Positions 12,701-25,170 of a stretch of 64,000 bases of DNA are shown here, piece after piece. A model generated the notes under the pieces. That model was not told where the DNA came from, searched no databases, and worked only from the letters and a program-made list of their open reading frames with translations. The stretch's first letter is position 1, and each line of letters opens with the position of its first letter. The stretch is from Felis catus. Its lineage: Eukaryota. The stretch spans positions 151,592,001 to 151,656,000 of the forward strand of contig NC_058368.1 of assembly GCF_018350175.1 (NCBI RefSeq). The letters run 5' to 3'. The position numbers and the translations under genes are program-made.

Positions 12701-14556
12701 AAGAAAATGGTTGTAATTACTCTGCATTTAAAAACTAGAATCAGTGATATAAAAAGGAGGAAAATAAAAGCAAATACTCCTAAACAAAATAACACTATTT
12801 AATTATAGCAAGGTACTACTGTCTGACATGGCACTGGGCCTTGTCTTCTTTTTGTTCAAAAAGAAAAACAAAAAGGATTGAAAGGTAATTTTAAAAGATT
12901 ACATTTTTAATAATGTGACCCATATTTTTTTCATGTCCCTGTACCACAACAAATCATTCCCTGGATCACCATTGGTAAACATCCAAAATTTAGGAAACAC
13001 TCAAGAGTTTGTCTCTATGAAAATCCCCATGGACCCTCAAATAAGATACACATTTCATTTACTGATATATAAAAGAATTACAGTTTAGGTGTTAGCCCTG
13101 TGAAGTAGAATGGGAGAATTAATTCCACTAGACAGGCATTAAAACAAAATTCTTACTCTATTTACTGATACATCTTTTTGCATATGAAAATAATTAATTT
13201 AGTTATTTTTGAAACAATACACATATATAGGGGAAAATATGAAAATTTGCTTGTGTTGGTATTCGCAGTTGCTGTGCTGATACATATTTAGACCACATAG
13301 CTCCTCCTCTCACAAGGAAGTCCTTAAGTGGTCAGTGGTATATAAATGGAAAATATCCAAATTTGAGTTCTTATCACCACTCAGAAATATGATGGCTTTC
13401 ACTTAGCTAATGAGGTAAGAAAAATCTCAATATTAATTATTTCTAATTTCCTCCTAGGGGTTTCCCTACTTATACTCTTTTGTCCAGATGTCATGCCACT
13501 TATATTTAAAAGCCGAAGTCAAAGAAAGAGAAATCCTTGCTATGCCAAAGAAATGAAAGTGGAAAGTTAGGATGAGAGCTATTTTCTTCTCCATTCCCAA
13601 GTGACTGCTCTGTTAGATTATTCGCAAAGAGAGCGTGAGCCATGTATTGTTCTTTGAAGTCAAATACGAAGATATTCCACTGACACAATAAGTTACTGTG
13701 CATTTTGAATTTGTCACTAATTATCCAATCTTAAAAATACTTAAAAAACAATATTTTATTGCCTGACTTAGCAAACAGAACCCACATATAAGAAGAACCA
13801 CACCAGTCAAATAAGGCATTTATAATGTTCTAGGAAAATTCATTGACTGTTATTTCAATGGAATTGATGTTTCCATAATGGGAAACCACTAGAAATTCAT
13901 ATTTGGATTTTCATAATTTTACCTAAGTGATCAGCCTACTGTCTTCCCTTATTACTCATCTACTTTGTTCATTTTTATTAGAATGAAACCCCTTAAGAAA
14001 CCTCAACATTCCTGGCAGGTGAAAATACAGAATATCTATCCAGATATCTTCATGCCAGAATTATACAAACTACATTCATCAAACTGATTAGAGATGACAA
14101 ATAACTTCTCAGTATATTTTTTTTCAACAGCACAAGGATGATACATTCCCCAACTCTTTACACACTTACACTGACCTTTATCATAATTTTGCTCCATTTA
14201 CTTGATTAAGGAAATGCATCCAGCAGAAGTTCCTAGCCTGTTGCAACTGCACTAGTAGTTATAAAGATATTTTGATAGTAATGTCTTGAGTTGACATTAT
14301 AACTCAACATCTTTCCTTCCTCTCTTTTTCCTACCTCCCAGTACCCTTCTCTGTCCTCCTCAGCCTTTATCTCTTTCCATCTCCCTTATTTCCTTCCTTT
14401 AAAATTATATTCATTGAGTGCCTGCTGTATAGGAGTTGCTATTGCCCAAGGTTTGAGAACTCAAGATATTCTTCTTGTGTTTAGAACACCTGGAGTTGAA
14501 GCTGAGCTCCATCACTTAGTAGCTATATTATGCAAAGAGAATTGAGTAACATTCTT

Positions 14557-14761
14557 TTTTTTAAGTTTATTTATTTATTTTGAGAGAGCGAGAGGGAAAG
14601 TGAGTGACAGTGCACAAGTAGGGGAGAGGCAGAGAGAAAGGGAGAGAGAGATAATCAGTGCAGAGCCTAACCCGGGGCTTGATCCCACAAATCGTAAGAT
14701 CATGACTTGAGTCAAAATCAAGAGTCAGATGCTTAACTGGCTGAACCACCCAGGTCTCCCC
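14557..14761 (-). mobile_element. Can-SINE (older subtype with TCTTGATTT head)
   Basis: The reverse complement gives the SINE head, CT linker and AATAAA-rich tail. Confidence 0.95.
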
Positions 14762-14770
14762 TCCCTCCGC

Positions 14771-14817
14771 TTTTTATAAGTTTATTTATTTACTCTGAGA
14801 GAGAACGAGAGAGAGTG
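14771..14817 (-). mobile_element. Can-SINE 3' tail fragment
   Basis: TTTTTATAAGTTTATTTATTTACTCTGAGAGAGAACGAGAGAGAGTG is a SINE linker plus tail only. Confidence 0.75.
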
Positions 14818-15226
14818 GAGTAACATTCTTAATATATACCTAACCTTGAGCATTTATGTACTGACATGGAAAATATGTTTTTTCTTTTTTTTCCTGACAG
14901 TTGTTTTGTAGATTAAATAAAGATATCTAGGCAAATCATCTAGCACAGGGCCAGGGCCTGAGTAATATTCAGCAATTGGTAAATAGTAGCTGTTTTTCTA
15001 GTTACCATAATTGAGGGATTTTTGTTTTCATTGTTCTACTACAGCTTGTTTTTTTCATTTATCATTATTTTTTGAGATTTATACCTACAGAAATAGGTCT
15101 AAGTCATTCATTCGCAATTCTCTATTGAATTTTGTTATATGAATAAAAATTTATTTTTATTTTACTTGTTTGAATGTGGAATTTTTTTTTCCTTTTCTCC
15201 AAGTGACCATGAAAATATTTAATATA

Positions 15227-15445
15227 GTGGCGCCTGGGTGGCTCGGTTGGTTGAGCGTCCGACTTTGGCTCAGGTCATGATCTCACGACTTGTGAGTTCA
15301 ATCTCCATGTCGGGCTCTGTGCTGACAGTTTGGAGCCTGGAGCCTGCTTTGTATTCTGTGTCTCCCTCTCTCTCTCTGCCCCTAACCCACTCACATTCTG
15401 TCTCTCTCTCAAAAATAAATAAACATTAAAAAAATTAAAAAAAAT
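15227..15445 (+). mobile_element. Can-SINE
   Basis: Full body; TSD AAAAT(A/G)TTTAATATA at 15212-15226 and 15446-15460. Confidence 0.97.
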
Positions 15446-15899
15446 AAAATGTTTAATATATTTAACAATGCCCAAGAGTACTGATTGCTAACCTTTCCTC
15501 CAAATAATGTAAGGACCATAGACTATCATTTACGTGATCTCTTTCCTCTCTTCCATGTTACTGTTGACTGTCATGTTAGCTCAATCTTGTTTTTAGATCA
15601 CACAGTTAGTAGTTATTACTAGCTATTGTCAGGTCTTACTTGCATTTGCAAATATGTTTACCAGTTTCCTTGCTTAGTGTTGTTTTTTGCATCTTATTCC
15701 TATCTTCTGGGTTCATTCCTTCTTGATGAAGTATTTCCTGTATTCATTTTTATTTAATTCATTCTAACATACAACTTTTTCATATTTTTAACATCTCTGT
15801 AATTAGGGTGCACTTTGCAATTGAGGGCATATCGTAGTTTAATTAACAGCATTTTTTTTTCTTTTACTGATACATTAAACAATTGATGACATCTTAAAT

Positions 15900-16145
15900 C
15901 CAGTGAAATATGGTAGTTCATTTAGTAGGGGTCTATGAGCAGAATAACTCTCAGACTGTATGTGTCTAAAAGTATCATTATTTCACCTTCACTCATTAAT
16001 TCTGAACATGGAAGTTTAATTTGACAATCATTTTCCCTTAGCACTTTGAAAACACTATTCCATTTGTTTCTGGTGTCTATTGATGCTGTCAGTTTAATTG
16101 TCATTTCTTTGTAAGTAATTTATTCTTTCTCATAGCTTTTAAGAT
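15900..16145 (-). mobile_element. Ancient L1 ORF1 C-terminal relic
   Basis: Translation IKLTASIDTRNKWNSVFKVLRENDCQIKL...EGEI resembles the L1 ORF1p C-terminal domain (W..FKVL.E..CQP....P..L....EGEI). Confidence 0.6.
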
Positions 16146-16843
16146 TGTTAAGACATATATGAATCTGATTTCTCCATAAGCCTTTTTTATTTCTGAATTC
16201 TGAAGACCATCCTGAGAAAATGACAGATAAAAATTGAGTATTTTAAAAGTACAGCAGTTTTGAAGATGATTATGTCAAAGGTGTGGCTGTGGTAATGGAT
16301 GGTTGAACTGCTAGCTGATGAAGGGAGTTAAACTTGTGGAGGTTAACAAAAAAGAACTGGTGTATCAGTTCCTATGTCCAGATGAACCCAGAAATTACCC
16401 TGACAATAACAGGAATTGTGATAAAGACAAATGCAGAAATAGAGAGATTGAACTATTCAATGCATGAAAAATCTGAGAAGTTGGTAAAATCTTAGACAAA
16501 CTGTGGAGGGACAAAAAGGTGATAAAACTCTTTGATAAGATCCTGTAAGGTTCAGGATTTCTCCCGTAAATGAAGGACTGAGAGCCTCAGGCAGCACAAA
16601 GAAGAATAAAAGATTTTAACCTATCCACTGATCTAGGAACTTTGTACAAAAGATTCCGTAGATGAGACATTTGTTATCAAGATTTTTGAATCCCAAATCT
16701 AAAATTTTGTGATACTACACAATGAAAGCTTCAAACGGAACCAAATGAAGCACCTACTAAGTATTGAGATTTTCTGTGTCTCTAATTTAGCTTTAAAACT
16801 GAGATGATTAAAGCAGCTACTTTTAGTTAGAAAATTTCTATTA

Positions 16844-17589
16844 GATTTATATTTCCCTGATGATGAGTGATGTTGAGCATCTTTTTATGTGTCTGTTTGC
16901 CATCTGGACATCTTTGGAAAAGTGTGGATGTCTTCTGCCCATTTCTTCACTGGATTATTACTTTTCTAGGTTTTGAGTTTTATAAGCTCTTTATACATTT
17001 TGGATACTAACCCTTTTTCTGATATGTCATTTACAGTTACCGTCTTACATTGTTGGTTGCCTTTTAGTTTTGTTGTTTCCTTCACTGTGCAAAAGCTTTT
17101 TATCTTAATGAGGTCCCAATAGTTCATTTTTGCTTTTGTTTCCCTTGCTGCTAGAGACATATCTAGTAAGTTCCTGCAGCCGAGGTCTAAGAGGTTGCTG
17201 CCTATATTCTTCTCTAGGATTTTGATAGTTTCTTGTATAGCATTTAGGTCTTTCATTCATTTTGAATTTATTTTTGTGTATGGTGTAGGAAATTGGTCCA
17301 GCTTCATTCTTCCACATGCGTGTCTCTGTACAGTTTTCCCAACACCATTTGCTGAAGAGACTGTTTTCCATTGGATATTCTTTCCTGCTTTGCCAAAGAT
17401 TAGTTGGCCACATTTGTGTGTCCATTTCGGGGTTTTTATTCTGTTTCATTGATCTATGTGTCTGTTTTTGTGCCAGTACCATACTGTCTTGATGATTATA
17501 GCTTTGTAATACAGCTTGAAGTCTGGAATTGTGATGCCTCCAGATATGGTTTTCCTTTTCAAAATTACTTTGGATACCCAAGGTCTTTC
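16844..17589 (-). mobile_element. L1 insertion A: inverted 5' segment (ORF2 C-terminal part)
   Basis: Antisense ORF2 peptides ([26 protein letters not shown]), equivalent to ~42172-42915 of the full-length copy in this window. Confidence 0.93.
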
Positions 17590-18415
17590 TCAAAACCACA
17601 ATGAGATACCACCTCACACTAGTTAGAGTGGCTAAAATTAATAACTCAGGAAACAACAGATGTTGGAGAGGATGTGGGGAAAGAGGAGCCCTTTTGCACT
17701 GTTGGTGGCAATGCAAACTGGTGCAGCCACTATGGAAAACAGTATGGAGGTTCTTCAAAAAATTAAAGATAGAACTACCCTATGACCCAACAATTGCACT
17801 ACGAGGTATTTATTCAAAGGATACAAAGATGCTGATTTGAAGGGGCACATGCACCCCAATGTTTCTAGCAGTGCTATTGACAATAGCCAAATTATGTAAA
17901 AGAGCCCAAATGTCCGTCAACTGATGAATGGATAAAGCAAATATGGTGTGTGTTTATATATAGATATACATGCACATACACATACATACACATACACATA
18001 CACAATGGAATATTACTCAGCGGCCAAAAAGAATGAAATCTTGCCATTTGCAAAAATGTGGATAGAGCTGGAGTGTATTATGCTAACTGAAATCAGTCAG
18101 AGAAAGACAAATAAATGATTTCACTCATGTGGAATTTGAGAACCAAAACAGATGAAAATAGGTGAAGGGAAGGAAAAATAAGATAAAACAGAGGGAGACA
18201 AACCATAAGAGACTCTTAAATCCAGAGAACAAACTGAGGGTTACTGGAAGGGAGGTAGGTGGGAAGGTGGGCTAAATGGATGATGGACATTAAGAGGTGC
18301 ACTTTCTGGGATGAGCACATAAGTGATGAATCACTAAATTCTACTCCTGAAACCAATACTACACTATGTTAACTAACTTGAATTTAAAGTAAAAAAAAAA
18401 AAAACAAAACAAAAC
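17590..18415 (+). mobile_element. L1 insertion A: ORF2 end, 3'UTR and poly(A)
   Basis: MRYHLT..CW..C....[16 protein letters not shown] cysteine-rich domain, carnivore L1 3'UTR, A tail at 18391-18414. Confidence 0.95.
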
Positions 18416-18731
18416 TTTGGGGGTGGGGGTGGGAAGGAAAAAAGAAAGTTTCCAATGGAGTAAAGAATTCAAGATACTTCACATTTATAAAATTTATATT
18501 TTTTTGTATTTTTATGAAAAGAATATTTTATGCTACTGTTTGGTTTAGGAAAGCTCACTTTAAGGAAAAATCACTTTAATAATCTACTTTGAGATATTTA
18601 TCCATGTAGAATACTTCAGTTTAATTGCTGTTAATATAATGCTTCTGGTGTATTTGCATTAATAAAAGGGATCTGTCTTATAGCAAAAGACAAGGCAAAT
18701 GGAACTTATAGATACTATTACATTTCTTAAC

Positions 18732-19558
18732 TTTTTTTTTTTTTAATTCAAGTTACTTAACATACAGTGTAGTCTTGGCTTTGGGAGTAGAACCCAGTGA
18801 TTCATTTTTTATATATGACACCCAGTGCTCGTCCCAAAAAGTGCCCTCCTTAATGCCCATCACCCATTTAAGCCACTCCCCCAACACACACACCCTCCCT
18901 CCAGCAACCCTTAGTTTGTTCTCTGTATTTAAGAGACTCTTATAGTTTGCTTCCCTCTCTGTTTTTATCTTCTATTTCCTTCCCTTCCCCTATGTTCATC
19001 TGTTTTGGTTCTCAAATTCCACATATGAGTGAAATCATACTATACCTGTCTTTCTCTGACTTATTTAACTTATCAATAATACCCTCCATTTCCATCCATG
19101 TTGTTGCTGATGGAAATATTTCATTCTTTTTCATCGCTGAGTAGTATTCCCTTGTATGTACATACCACATCTTCTTAATCCATTCATCAGTTGATGGACA
19201 TTTGGGCTTTTTCCATAATTTGGCTATTGTCAATAGTACTGCTATAAACATTGGGGTGCATGTGCCCTTTCAAATAAGCATTTTTGAATCCTTTGGATAA
19301 ATACCTAGTAGTGCAATTGCTGGGTCGTAGGGTAGTTCTATCTTTAATTTTTTGAAGAATCTCCATGCTGTTTTTCATAGTGGCTGCACCAGTTTGCATT
19401 GCCACCAACAGTGCAAAAGGGCTCCTCTTTCCCCGCATCCTCTCCAAAATCAGTTGTTTCCTGAGTTATTAATTTTAGCCATTCTAACTAGTGTGAGGTG
19501 GTATCTCATTGTGCTTTTGATTTATATTTTCCTGATGATGAGTGATGTTAAACATCTT
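18732..19558 (-). mobile_element. L1 insertion B: ORF2 end, 3'UTR and poly(A) on the minus strand
   Basis: Poly(T) at 18732; antisense 3'UTR; KCPSTDEWIKKMWY peptide. Confidence 0.95.
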
Positions 19559-20195
19559 TTCTATGAATCCAGCATTACCTTGATTCCAAAACCAAAGACC
19601 CCAGTAAAAAAGGATAATTACAGGCCAATATCCCTGATGAACCTGGGTGCAAAAATTTTCAGCTAGATACTAGCAAATCAAGTTCAACAGTATATTAAAA
19701 GAATTATTCACCATGATTAAGTGGGATTCATTCCTGGGCCGCAGAACTGGTTTTTGCAAATCAATCAATGTGATACACCACATTAATGGAAGAAAGGATA
19801 AGAACCATATGATCCTGTCAATAGTTGCAGAAAAAGCATTTGACAAAATATTCCATCCTTTCTTGATAAAAACCCTCAAGAAAGTCAGGATAGAAGGACT
19901 ATACCTTAACATCATAAAAGCCATATATGAAAGGCCCACAGGTACTATTATCCTCAATGGGGAAAAACTGAGAGTTTTCCCCCTATGATCAGGAATACAA
20001 CAGGGATGTCTACTCTCACCTCTGTTGTTGAACATGGTGTTGGAAGTCCTAGCTCAGCAGTCAGACAACAAAACAAAATAAAAGGCATCCAAATTGGCAA
20101 AGAAGTCAAACTTTCACTCTTTGCAGATGATATGATACTCTACATGGAAAACCCGAAAGACTCCACCAAAAAAACTGCTAGAGCTGATACATGAA
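19559..20195 (+). mobile_element. L1 insertion B: inverted 5' segment (RT domain)
   Basis: [29 protein letters not shown] and [13 protein letters not shown] motifs; TSD-like TACATTTCT(T/A)A(A/G)CTTT at 18719-18734 and 20196-20211. Confidence 0.93.
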
Positions 20196-22814
20196 TACAT
20201 TTCTAAGCTTTCTGTTACTTTTGGCTAAGGAGCTTATGTCCAATCAAATGTGGTGAAATACTATCTCTTACACAGAAAACTTTTTTCTACTAAAGAGAAG
20301 AGTCTTTCCATAACTTCATTTGTTCTTAAGTCACTGGTGACAGGCAGGAGTACAAGCTAGTGCTCTGTGGATGCATTTTCTAATAGGTATATTCCTTTTC
20401 TTATTGGTGACATAAATGCTATTGAATATCATTTTTCAGAATATACCTATGTCTTTCACCTGCTTTGAAAATCTGTTGAGGCATGTACTTCCACTCCTGG
20501 GTGATCTCAACAAAAACATCACATGGGTCCCTTACTTCACACCCAGACACTTAATTTGATTCTCAGATTCTAAAGCACCTACAAATTCTAGTTCCATTCA
20601 AAGTGTTATCAGTGGATGTATTCACCAGACTTTACCTTTACATTCTTAAATATATTATTATAATCCCTACTAAATCCCTGACTTCATCTTAGGAGTATCC
20701 AGATGAGATGTTGATTATCCAAACTCTATATAATTTCATAGATCACTTTTTCTTCTTTGTTTATGGTAATAGTGAATCATAAAGGCACAGCACTTTATTT
20801 TTCATCCTTTATAATCATAACTTCTCTTGAACAATATATCCTATACAGATTTTTAGTCTTCTATCTACTACCAATTAAAAAGATTATTGCATTTTTTTCA
20901 TTGTAATCATAGATCCTATATGTCCTCTGCTAGCATTTTCAACCTTATTTCTTTATACATATTGAACATATGGGATAAATTTCAAGTCAGAAATAAGCAC
21001 AAAGGAAATACAATGTAGATTTAAGAAAAAGTGATGGAAGAGACTACATGACCCCAAACAAAAGTCACTGCCATTGGGTGGAACTGGGTGGAGTTTGGTA
21101 TTTTTGTTCTGGGTCATAGTTTAGAAGTATGAGGATTTTTACAATTTTAGTTAGAAGTTTCACCAAAGTAAAACTGGATACACAGACTTATTTCCACCTG
21201 TTAGTTTTGACTACATAATGCAATTAGATGATGTAAGGAAAGTGTATTTCTCCTTTTGCATGTAGCTGTCCAATTTTGTCAACACAGTCCATTGAAGAGA
21301 CTGACTTTTCCTTACTGTGTATTCTTGCATCCTTTGCCAAAGATTAATTGACCATATAAGCATGGATTTATTTCCATACTCTCTATTCTGTTCTAGTGAA
21401 CTATGTGTCTGTTTTTGTGCCAGCTGTTTTGATGACTACAGCTTTGTAGTATATCTTGAAATCTGAGATTGTGTAAGCTCCAGCTTTGTTCTTCTTTCTC
21501 AAGTTGGCTTTGGCTATTTGAGGACTTTGGTGGTTCCACACAAATTTTAGGATTTTTTTGTTCTGTGAAAAATGTTGGCCTTTGAGAAGGATTACATTAA
21601 AGCTGTAGATTGCTTTGGGTAGTATGGCATTTTAACAGTATTTATTCTGGCAATCCATGAGCATGGAATTATCTTTTCATTTGTTTGTGTCACTTTCAAT
21701 TTTTTTCATCAGCGTTTTATAGTTTTCAGAGTACAGGTCTTTCACCTCTTTGGTTAAGTTTATTCCTAGGTATTTTATTCTTTTTGGTGCAGTTGTAAAT
21801 GGATTGTTTTCTTAACTTCTCTATTTCATTATTAGTGTACAGAAATGCAACAGATTTCCATATGTGAATTTTTTATCCTGTGACTTCACTGAATTCATTT
21901 ATCAGTTCTAGTAGTTTCTTTGGAAGAGTCTTTATGGTTGTCTATATATAGTATCATGTCATCTGCAAATAGTGACAGTTTTACTTCTTCCTTCCCAATT
22001 TGGATGCCTTTTATTTTTCTTGTCCAATTGATGCAGCTGGGACTTTTAGTATTATAGTGAATAAAAGTGGTGAGAATGGACATCCTTGTCTTGTTCTTGA
22101 TCTTAGAGGAAAAGCTCTCAGTTTTTCCCCACCGAGTATAATGTTAGCTGTGGGTTTCTCATATATGGCCTTTATTATGTTTGGGTATGTTCCCTCTAAA
22201 CCTGCTTTGTTGAGAGTTTTTATCATGAATGGATGTATTTTGTGAAATGCTTTTACTGCAACTACTGAGATGGTCATGTGGTTTTTATCCTTTCTCTTTA
22301 TTGTCATCTGCTTTGTTGATTGATTTGCAAATTTTGAACCACCCTTGTAACCCAGGAATAAATCCCACTTAATGGTGGTGAATGATTTTTTTAATATACT
22401 GTTGGATTCAGTTTTCTAATATTTTGTTGAGGATTTTTGCATCTTTGTTTATCAGAGACATTAGGTTGTACTTTACTTTTTTGTTGTTGTGTCTTTATCT
22501 GGTTTTGGTATCAGGGTAATGCTGAACTTGTAGAATAAATCTGGAAGCTTTCCTTCTCTTTTATTTTTGTAATAGTTTGAGAATAATAGGTATCAGTTCT
22601 TTAAATATTTGATAGAATTTACCTTGAAGCCATTTGGTCCTGGGTTTTGTTTGTGAGTTTTTTGATTACTGATTCATTTTCATTGGTAGTAATTAGTCTT
22701 TCAAATTTTTTATTTCTTCCTCATTCAGTTTGGAAGGTAATATGTTTCTAGGAATATATCCATTTCTTCTAGGTTGCCCAAATTGTTGGAATATTGTTTT
22801 TTATAATATTTTTA

Positions 22815-23019
22815 TTAAATATTTAATTTTTTAATTAATTAATTTATTTAGAGGGGCAGGGGGAGAGAGAGAGGGAGAGAGGGAGAGAGAGAGAGAGAGA
22901 ATCCCAAGCATTGTCAGCATGGAGCCCAATGAAGGGATTGATCTCATGAACAGTGAGATCATGACCTGATCCAAAATCAAGAGTTGGGCACTTAACCAAC
23001 CAAGCCACTCAGGCACCCC
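22815..23019 (-). mobile_element. Can-SINE inserted in L1 C
   Basis: Reverse SINE; TSD TATAATATTTT at ~22802 and ~23020. Confidence 0.95.
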
Positions 23020-23548
23020 TATAATATTTTCTTATAATCCTTTGTATTTCTGTGGTATAGGTTGTTATTTTTCCTCCTTCATTTTGATTTTACTTATTTG
23101 AGTTCTATGTTTTTCTTGATGAGTCTGACTAAAGGTGTATCAATTCTGTTGTCTTTAAACAACCAACTCCTGGTTTATCTTTTGTTTTTGTTTTTGTCTC
23201 TATTTGATTTCTTTCTGCTCTAATCTTTATTATTGCCTTCCTTCTACTATCTTTGGGCTTTGTTTGTTCTTTTTTCTAGCTCCTTTATGTGTAAGGTTAG
23301 GTTGTTTGACATTTTTCTTTTTTTCTTGAGGTAGACCGGTACTGTTTATACTTCTCTCTCAGAACAAGTTTTGCTGCATCCCAAAGATTTTTGGATCACT
23401 GTGCTTTCACTTTCATTTGTCTCCATGTATTTTATTTCTTTTTTGATTTTGAGTTGACCCATTCATTGTTTAGTAGCATATTATGTAGCTTCCATGTATT
23501 TTTCTTATGATTGATTTTTTTCTTATGATTGATTTCTAGTTTCATTCC

Positions 23549-23807
23549 TTTTTTAAAATTTTTATTTAAAAATTTTTTTAATGTTTATATTTTGAGGGAG
23601 ACAGAGATTTAGCAGAGAAGGGACAGAATCCAAAGCAGGCTCATGAATGGGGGTGGGGGTGCAGAGAGAGGTTAGGCACAGAATCCTAAACAGGCTCCAG
23701 GCTCTGAGCTGTCAGTACAGAGCTGGATGCAGGGCTCAAACCCACCCATGAGATCATGACCTGAGCCGAAGTCAGACACTTAACCAACTGAGCCACCCAG
23801 GCATCCC
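23549..23807 (-). mobile_element. Can-SINE inserted in L1 C (no TSD visible)
   Basis: Reverse SINE body ending ...GAGCCACCCAGGCATCCC. Confidence 0.95.
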
Positions 23808-25170
23808 AAGTCTTTTTGAATTTATTAAAATTCAGTTTGTGGCCTAACATGATCTATTGTGGAGAATATTCAATGTGCACTTGAAAATGTGCAATTTGCT
23901 GTTTTTGGGTGGGATGTTCTGAATATACCTGTTAGGTCCATATAGTCTAATATCTCACAGCCACTATTTGTTGATTTTCTGTCTGGATGATCTATCCATT
24001 AATGTGACATGTTAAAGTCCCCTACTATTATTGTATTATTGTCAGTTTCTTCTGTTATATCTGTTACTAGTTTCTTTATGTATTTAGGTGTCACCTGTTG
24101 GACACATATATTTACACTTACTGTATCTCTTGCTGGATTTTTCCCTTTATCACTATGTAGTCTCCTCCTTTGTCTTGTTATAGTCTTTATTTTAAAGTTT
24201 ATTTTGTCCAGCATAAGTAATGCTACCCCAGCTTTCTTTTTGATTCTTTTGGCATCGTAAATGCTTTTCTATCCTTCACTTTTGATCTTCATGTGTCTTT
24301 AGGTCTGAAATGAGTCTCCTATAGGCAACATATAATAGCTGGGTCTTGCTTTTTTATCCATTCAGTCACCCTACATCTTTTGGTTGGAGGCTTTCATCCA
24401 TTCATATGTAAAATAATCATTGATGGGTGTGTCTTATTGCTATTTTGTTGTTTTACGTTTGTTTTGTAGTTCTCCTCTTTTCCATTCTTTTCTTGCTCTC
24501 TTCCCTTGTGGTTTGATGGCTTTCTTTACTTTCTTTAGTGTTAGTCTTGGATTCCTTTCTCTTTATTTTTTGTGTATCTATTATAGGCTTTTGATTTGTG
24601 GTCACAATTAGGTTCATATATAACATGTTATATATACAGCAGTCTATATTAAGTTGATGGCTGCTTAAGTTTGAACATATTGTAAAAGCACTAAATTTTT
24701 ATCACCCCCCACATCGTTTTATGTATATGATGTCATACTTCACATTCTTTTATTTTGTGAATCTGGTGACTGATATTTTTGTAGATATGATTGATTTTAC
24801 TGCTTTTGTGCTTTAACCTCCATACGGTTTTATAAGTGACTTATCTACTACTTACTATGTTTGTACTTACCTGTGAAATTTTTTCCATTCATAATTTTCT
24901 TATTCATGATTATGAGCTTTCCTTTCTACTCAAAGCATTCCCTTTTAAATGTCTTATAAGGCTGATGTAGTGGTGCTGAACTCCTTTAACTTTTGTTTGT
25001 TTGGGATATTCTTTATCTCTCCTTCTGTTTGGAATGATAACCTTGCCAGGCAGAATATTCTTTGCTGCAGGTTCTTTCATTTCAGCATTTTGAATGTACA
25101 TGCCACTCCTTTCTAGACTACAAATTTATTGGTGAAAAATCATCTGATGGCCTTATGAGGTTTCTCTTGT

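Larger units (their letters stand above)
14480..15000. mobile_element. MIR relic interrupted by a Can-SINE
   Basis: CCTGGAGTTGAAGCTGAGCTCCATCACTTAGTAGCT on the left; TTGTAGATTAAATAAAGATA...TAGCACAGGGCCAGGGCCTGAGTAATATTCAG on the right. Confidence 0.45.
21250..25170 (-). mobile_element. L1 insertion C: long inverted segment (ORF1 end, inter-ORF region, ORF2 EN/RT)
   Basis: Antisense [11 protein letters not shown] (~21960), [19 protein letters not shown] (~24020) and ORF1-like sequence at 24910-25170; interrupted by two SINEs. Confidence 0.92.
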
